A stretch of DNA of 32,897 nucleotides from Ionaspis alba. Its lineage: Eukaryota. A program made the position numbers and the translations under genes. This document shows, piece by piece, positions 32,609 to 32,897 of the stretch (the first letter of the stretch is position 1; each line of letters begins with the position of its first letter). A model generated the notes under the pieces. The model had not been told where the DNA came from. It saw only the letters and a list, made by a program, of their open reading frames with translations, and did not search any database. The DNA lies in NCBI GenBank assembly GCA_964255285.1, contig CAXUUL010000097.1, forward strand, positions 1-32,897, read 5' to 3'.

Positions 32609-32897
32609 CAACTATGACGACAAAGTGGAGCGATAGCAAGCTTTCTCATCACTCAAAATTGTGGAAAGTTGTGAGCCAGAGTCCTTGTAGCACCGATTAA
32701 TCGTCATTCCGTGGAAGCGTTTTGACCAGGAGATGTGTAGTATCCTGACGCAAAGTAACACTTGGGCAGATTACAGAAAATGAGCTCCAAAAGCAACTCT
32801 TTTTTTTACCAATCTGACTGATAAAAATCGAAAGTAAAGGGGTAGTCTCGGCCATCACCAAAGTGAAAACACCACCAATATGATCACGCTAATTTTT

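Noticed and set aside
1..32897. tRNA, rRNA, CRISPR arrays, transposons, secondary-metabolite cluster
   Set aside because: No tRNA arms, repeat-spacer arrays, terminal repeats, transposase/RT motifs or PKS/NRPS domains were seen by eye; small ncRNAs cannot be excluded without a covariance-model search.

Overview
Gene-dense, intron-containing genomic DNA from a filamentous ascomycete (GT-AG introns of about 47-80 nt with CTRAC branch sites; no prokaryotic features). Left to right: a possible gene start running off the left edge; a disrupted HET-domain gene (-); an MFS fucose/glucose-galactose (FucP-like) sugar permease (-); CHO2 (-); NBP35 (+); gamma-tubulin complex GCP4 (-); ARC1 (+); a decayed HET-like relic (+); a head-to-head pair of His-rich 'allergen-domain' genes with DPRVD dehydrin-like motifs (- / +); POL32 (-) head-to-head with RAD18 (+); CHMP7/Cmp7 (-); TRS85 (-). 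Exon models were built by hand and each sums to whole codons. The most interesting observations are: the divergent dehydrin-like pair sharing a CRE-rich intergenic region; the HET gene with a roughly 325-codon acidic insert and an in-frame TGA-CTA/TAG break; an acid-free, AUG-less N-terminal extension on ARC1; the POL32-RAD18 bidirectional promoter with an MCB box; and a CCHH variant of the Rad18 UBZ finger. Family calls rest on motif recognition only; no database searches were run.
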